From Bdellovibrionales bacterium (lineage in GTDB: Bacteria > Bdellovibrionota > Bdellovibrionia > Bdellovibrionales > JAMPXM01): DNA of 11,332 nucleotides. Positions 7,372 through 11,332 of this stretch are shown piece after piece. How positions within the stretch are numbered: the stretch's first letter is position 1; each line of letters begins with the position of its first letter. The stretch is taken from assembly GCA_043739185.1 (NCBI GenBank), contig JAYUEN010000410.1, positions 1 to 11,332 of the forward strand, given 5' to 3'. The position numbers and the translations under genes were made by a program. The notes under the pieces are model-generated. The model saw only the letters and a list, made by a program, of their open reading frames with translations. It had not been told where the DNA came from and did no database searches.

Positions 7372-8565
7372 GTGAACTGCAAAAGTAAATTACTCTGGGT
7401 CTGTCTTTCACTTTGTGTGTTTTTGCAAGTTCGAGCAGAGGAGCAAGTTGGCAATAACGAGTGGCGGGCGCGTATGCAGTCGATGCTCAAAGAAGTCTTG
7501 GTGCTCTTTCCTTTTGCCTTCAATGATGCTCAATACAATGATATCAAAAACCAAAATTCAATTGATCAGTCGCTCAAATCACTAGTGGAGCACTCGGAGG
7601 GCTTAAAGAAACATACTTCAAGAATAAAAAAAGAAGATGGCTTGAAAATTGATCCCAGTTTTTCATTTATCGCAGAGGCCTTCGAAAATGAATTGCATTC
7701 GGCCCAGGTGAATTTTAAAAAGACTGGACGTCAGCATACAGAGGCACAAAATTATTTGCGCTCGGCTTTGTCAAAATGCATTTTGTGCCATTCCCAATCT
7801 GCCAATGGTCCAGAGCTAAAGCTCAGTCAATTTAAAAAAGCATTTGCAGAACTTTCTCCAAAAGACCGTTTTATGGCTTATGCAGCGACTCGGCAGTTTG
7901 ATGATGCACTAAAGGTATTCGATGTTATTCTTAAAGAATCGCGTGCTCAAGACAAAGAAAATCTCGATCCGAATATCAAAACTGCTCTTGCCATAGCTGT
8001 AAGAGTTAAAAAAGATCCCAAGAAAACTTCGCAAATTGTTGAAGAAGTGGCAAATAGTGGAGCTGGCTCCAGTATTTTGAAAAATGATTTAAAGGATTGG
8101 CGAAAGGCTGCAATTGCTTGGCAGACCGAAAAAGCAAAGGCTCCAACTACGGATCAGGCGCTTTTTGATGAAGCCACCCGGCTCATTGATAGCCAAAAGA
8201 AAAAAGAAAATTCTTTCGAGAATATTGAGAACTCAGACATATCACTCTTGCGGGCGACGACTTATCTTCACGACTTACTTACGGATTATCCCAAGAGTCG
8301 TTTGCGCGCAGAAAGCTATCTGCTTTTGGCTTCGACCTATGATCGTTTGCCTGGCTTTGCGATGTGGGACTTTGCAGATGAATATCTTGGCGCTTGTATC
8401 GAAGAAAATCCGCATACAAGTATCGGAGAAAAGTGTTTCACACAATACCGAGAAAATATAATTGTGGGATACTCAGGAAGTTCAGGAACCGATATCCCGC
8501 ATGCGGTGAGTGAACATCTCGCTCGCATGAAAGCCTTGGCGGCACCCTTGGAACCCGTAAAATAA
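7372..8565 (+). CDS. Uncharacterised exported monoheme c-type cytochrome with a large helical C-terminal region
   Basis: GTG start with AGAGG upstream and a Sec-like signal peptide (…LCVFLQVRA-EE). A single CILCH (7777-7791, residue 136) ends an amphipathic-helical N-terminal region, and the remaining ~255 aa look all-helical. The gene is well supported but its function is not. Confidence 0.75.
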   Translation: MNCKSKLLWVCLSLCVFLQVRAEEQVGNNEWRARMQSMLKEVLVLFPFAFNDAQYNDIKNQNSIDQSLKSLVEHSEGLKKHTSRIKKEDGLKIDPSFSFIAEAFENELHSAQVNFKKTGRQHTEAQNYLRSALSKCILCHSQSANGPELKLSQFKKAFAELSPKDRFMAYAATRQFDDALKVFDVILKESRAQDKENLDPNIKTALAIAVRVKKDPKKTSQIVEEVANSGAGSSILKNDLKDWRKAAIAWQTEKAKAPTTDQALFDEATRLIDSQKKKENSFENIENSDISLLRATTYLHDLLTDYPKSRLRAESYLLLASTYDRLPGFAMWDFADEYLGACIEENPHTSIGEKCFTQYRENIIVGYSGSSGTDIPHAVSEHLARMKALAAPLEPVK

Positions 8566-8616
8566 TTTTAAAAAGTGAATGTTATAAAAATGATAAAACT
8601 GAAAAGGAATATTGAA

Positions 8617-10053
8617 ATGAAAGCCTATTTGATCGGAATACTAATTTGTTTGGTCGTTTCAATTGTGAGCTGCACGCGACCAGCTAATAACTCTACTGTT
8701 AAAATGATTGATCCCGCACAGCTTCCAAAAGAAAAAGCCAAATTGACCTTTGCGCCAGAGGTTCCAGACCCGATTTCTCGCAAAGGGCCGGCTCGAGTTG
8801 AAGTTCAACTTGAAACCAAAGAGGTCACCTCTCGACTTGCAGATGGAGTAGATTATACTTTTTGGACTTTTGGCGGAAAGGTACCAGGTCCGTTTATTCG
8901 CATCCGCGTGGGCGACTATGTTGATTTTACTTTGAGCAATCATCCTTCAAATAAAATGCCTCACAATATAGATTTGCACGCTGTCACCGGCCAAGGCGGA
9001 GGTGCTGAAGGATCCTTTACGGCTCCTGGGCACAGTTCGACATTCTCTTTTCGAGCTCTTAATCCTGGCTTATTTGTCTACCATTGCGCGACCGCTCCTG
9101 TCGGAATGCATATAGCAAATGGAATGTATGGTCTCATCCTAGTTGAGCCTGAAGATGGTCTGCCAAAGGTTGACAAAGAATTTTATATTGTTCAAAGCGA
9201 ATTTTATACTAAGGGTAAGTACGGAGAGCGAGGACTCCAGCCCTTTGCAATGCAAAAGGCAATCGAAGAGAAGCCTGACTATGTAGTCTTCAATGGTTCG
9301 GTAGGAGCCCTAGTCAATGACAATTCATTGAAAGCAAAAGTCGGCGATCGAGTGAGATTATTTGTCGGCAATGGCGGCCCCAATTTAGCCTCGTCTTTTC
9401 ACGTGATCGGAGAAATATTTGATCATGTATACGGCGAAGGGGGAACTGAGGTTTCTCAGAAGAATGTGCAAACGACTTTAATTCCAGCGGGTGGCTCGGC
9501 TATGGTAGACTTCAAGCTCGACGGCCCGGGTAATTTTATATTAGTTGATCACTCTATCTTTAGAGCCTTTAACAAAGGTGCACTCGGAATGCTCAAGGCG
9601 CCGGGAGCTCACAATCCAGATATTTATACTGGCAAAACTGTTGACTCGATTTATTTGCCAGAAGGCGGGGCGATTCAAGAAATGCCTTCGGATAGCGCTC
9701 CAAAGCCTCAGGCTAAAACCATGCAACAAAGAATGGAGGCCGGAAAAATATTCTACTCTCAAAACTGTGCGGCCTGCCATCAAGCCAATGGTGAGGGTTT
9801 GCCAAATGTATTTCCGCCTTTGGCAAAGTCTGATTTTTTATTGGCTAATAAAGAGCGAGCGATCAATGTAATTCTTAAAGGTCGCACCGGTGAAATTGAA
9901 GTAAACAAAATGAAGTTCAATGGAGTGATGCCGTCGCTTGGTCTCACCGACGAAGACAGTGCGAATGTATTGACCTATGTGCGAAATTCTTGGGGAAATA
10001 AAACTGATGAAGTAACTCCTGATGAAGTCAAACGTCAAAGAAATAAAAAGTGA
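8617..10053 (+). CDS. nirK: Copper-containing nitrite reductase with fused C-terminal cytochrome c, predicted lipoprotein
   Basis: [34 protein letters not shown] and VDHS supply all type-1 and type-2 Cu ligands plus the catalytic Asp and His. The C-terminal domain has CAACH (9766-9780) and GVMP. Start is set at ATG 8617 (AAGGA upstream), giving the signal [19 protein letters not shown] with lipobox IVSC; 478 aa. Confidence 0.96.
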   Translation: MKAYLIGILICLVVSIVSCTRPANNSTVKMIDPAQLPKEKAKLTFAPEVPDPISRKGPARVEVQLETKEVTSRLADGVDYTFWTFGGKVPGPFIRIRVGDYVDFTLSNHPSNKMPHNIDLHAVTGQGGGAEGSFTAPGHSSTFSFRALNPGLFVYHCATAPVGMHIANGMYGLILVEPEDGLPKVDKEFYIVQSEFYTKGKYGERGLQPFAMQKAIEEKPDYVVFNGSVGALVNDNSLKAKVGDRVRLFVGNGGPNLASSFHVIGEIFDHVYGEGGTEVSQKNVQTTLIPAGGSAMVDFKLDGPGNFILVDHSIFRAFNKGALGMLKAPGAHNPDIYTGKTVDSIYLPEGGAIQEMPSDSAPKPQAKTMQQRMEAGKIFYSQNCAACHQANGEGLPNVFPPLAKSDFLLANKERAINVILKGRTGEIEVNKMKFNGVMPSLGLTDEDSANVLTYVRNSWGNKTDEVTPDEVKRQRNKK

Positions 10054-10063
10054 GCTATAAAAA

Positions 10064-10849
10064 ATGAAAACGCATATCGTTTTCAAATTCATCGTTTCTA
10101 TTCTTTTGTGTGGATTTTCAAAGGATTTGGCTGCAGGGCCTCAACTTGGTTTTGAGGTTTACGTAGACAAAGGTATTTACAAGCCATTTTTTCGTGATGT
10201 CGGAGAGGCGGATCAAAAGATTGGCCCACTGATAGTTGATGCCTATCCCGTTACGAATCGAGAGTTTAGTATTTTTTTGGCGAACAATAAAAACTTTGTG
10301 CGATCGAAGATTGCCCGCGTCTTTGCAAGTGAAAGTTACTTAGAGCATTGGTCAGGCGATCAAGATTTTACTTCTGATCTATCTAATAAACCAGTGACCA
10401 ACATTTCTTGGTTCGTGGCGCGTAAGTACTGCGAAAGTTTTAACAAGCGCTTGATGAGCTCTTCTGAATGGGAATATGTTTCGGATTCATCCAATCCAAA
10501 AAATTTAGATTTAGTATTGAATTGGTACGCAAAGCCAGGGGCCAATATTCAACCGATTTCTAAATTCAAAGCCAACGCATTCGGCATATACGGAATGCAT
10601 GGCCAAATCTGGGAATGGGTCGAAGATTTCTCTTCTGCGATCTTGAGTGGCGATTCGCGCTCCTCAAATGAAAGTATTGCCAATTTATTTTGTGGTAGCA
10701 GTGCTCTTAAGGCGCGGGACCCATCACAATATGCGAGCTTTATGCGGTTTGCATATCGCAGCAGTTTGCGAGCTCGTTTTGTGGGGCGTAATCTCGGATT
10801 TCGCTGCGCCAGAGATGTTGTTCGTCAGCCTGAAAAGAGCAGAAAATGA
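10064..10849 (+). CDS. Exported formylglycine-generating enzyme (FGE-sulfatase) fold protein, NirV-like
   Basis: Signal peptide followed by FGE-fold motifs YPVTNREF, PVTNISW..A..YC, RL.S.SEWEY, NAFGIYGMHGQIWEW and GFRC. It lies 10 nt after nirK, the position occupied by nirV in characterised nirK loci. Confidence 0.85.
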   Translation: MKTHIVFKFIVSILLCGFSKDLAAGPQLGFEVYVDKGIYKPFFRDVGEADQKIGPLIVDAYPVTNREFSIFLANNKNFVRSKIARVFASESYLEHWSGDQDFTSDLSNKPVTNISWFVARKYCESFNKRLMSSSEWEYVSDSSNPKNLDLVLNWYAKPGANIQPISKFKANAFGIYGMHGQIWEWVEDFSSAILSGDSRSSNESIANLFCGSSALKARDPSQYASFMRFAYRSSLRARFVGRNLGFRCARDVVRQPEKSRK

Positions 10850-11332
10850 GATTTTTTATACTTTTAATTATTGCTTTCAATTTTAGCTTTGCGCTGGCCG
10901 GAAATCCAGATGAGCTTCCCAGCGACTCAATTTATAGAATACAAAGTCGGTGGACCAATCAAAAGGGTGAGGTCATATCCTTTTCAGATTTGGCAGGTAA
11001 GCCGAGAATCCTTGCGATGATCTATACTAAATGTGAAGCGGCATGCCCCTTGCTGGTTCAAAATATTAAGAATTATTTAAAGAGCAAAACAAATAAAGAA
11101 GCTGCGGATCTCTCGGTAGATTTATTTTCTTTTGATTCTGCACGAGAAAGTACTGAGACATTACAGAAATTCATGACGAAGTATAAAATTGAAAGTCCAA
11201 AATGGACACTCTACTATGCTTCGAAAACTCAAGTGGCAGAGGTTGCTGCCGCCCTTGAAATTCAATACAAGGGTTTAGCTTCCGGAGAGTTCATTCATTC
11301 TGATAAGTTTTTCGTAATAAATGCGAAGGGGC
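10846..11332 (+). CDS. SCO/SenC family copper chaperone (C-terminus beyond the right edge)
   Basis: Not in the ORF track. ATGA overlap with the upstream stop. Translation MRFFILLIIAFNFSFALAGNPDELPSDSIY...WTNQKG...IYTKCEAACPLLV...FSFDSARE...GEFIHSDKFFVINAKG shows a signal peptide, CxxxCP (11032-11049) and the distal His. Open to the edge. Confidence 0.92.
   Translation, partial: MRFFILLIIAFNFSFALAGNPDELPSDSIYRIQSRWTNQKGEVISFSDLAGKPRILAMIYTKCEAACPLLVQNIKNYLKSKTNKEAADLSVDLFSFDSARESTETLQKFMTKYKIESPKWTLYYASKTQVAEVAAALEIQYKGLASGEFIHSDKFFVINAKG

Noticed and set aside
8575..8616. Upstream GTG and ATG starts for nirK
   Set aside because: ATG 8617 has the ribosome-binding site and gives a normal-length lipoprotein signal peptide.
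8566..8616. Possible terminator or internal promoter before nirK
   Set aside because: The gap is AT-rich but has no GC hairpin with a U tract and no convincing promoter motif.
8114..10886. Short overlapping ORFs in the plus-strand operon (8114-8461, 8659-8943, 9545-9871, 9838-10092, 10647-10886)
   Set aside because: Shadow frames of real genes. The real gene after 10849 is the SCO ORF starting at 10846.
1..11332. Mobile elements, CRISPR arrays, tRNA or rRNA genes
   Set aside because: No transposase or integrase ORFs, repeat arrays or RNA gene signatures were seen. The window is almost entirely protein coding.

Overview
A low-GC (roughly 40-43% by eye) bacterial low-oxygen respiration locus made of two divergent, tightly packed operons. 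The minus-strand operon encodes a cbb3-type cytochrome c oxidase and its assembly factors in the order ccoI-ccoS-ccoNO(fused)-ccoQ-ccoP(monoheme)-ccoG-DsbD_2/TauE-like gene (runs off the left edge), with no ccoH in this stretch. The plus-strand operon encodes an uncharacterised exported monoheme c-type protein, a lipoprotein copper nitrite reductase with a fused C-terminal cytochrome c (nirK), a NirV-like FGE-fold protein and a SCO copper chaperone (runs off the right edge). Three genes are absent from the supplied ORF track: ccoQ, the DsbD_2-like gene and SCO. The 290-bp spacer has no canonical FNR box. Instead it carries two back-to-back sigma54 (-24/-12) motifs, one facing each operon, with candidate enhancer repeats between them. 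The most interesting elements are this apparent sigma54-driven coupling of high-affinity O2 respiration with nitrite reduction, and the unknown cytochrome c'-like/helical-repeat protein heading the nirK operon. The gene set suggests a Bdellovibrionota-like host, which is an untested inference.
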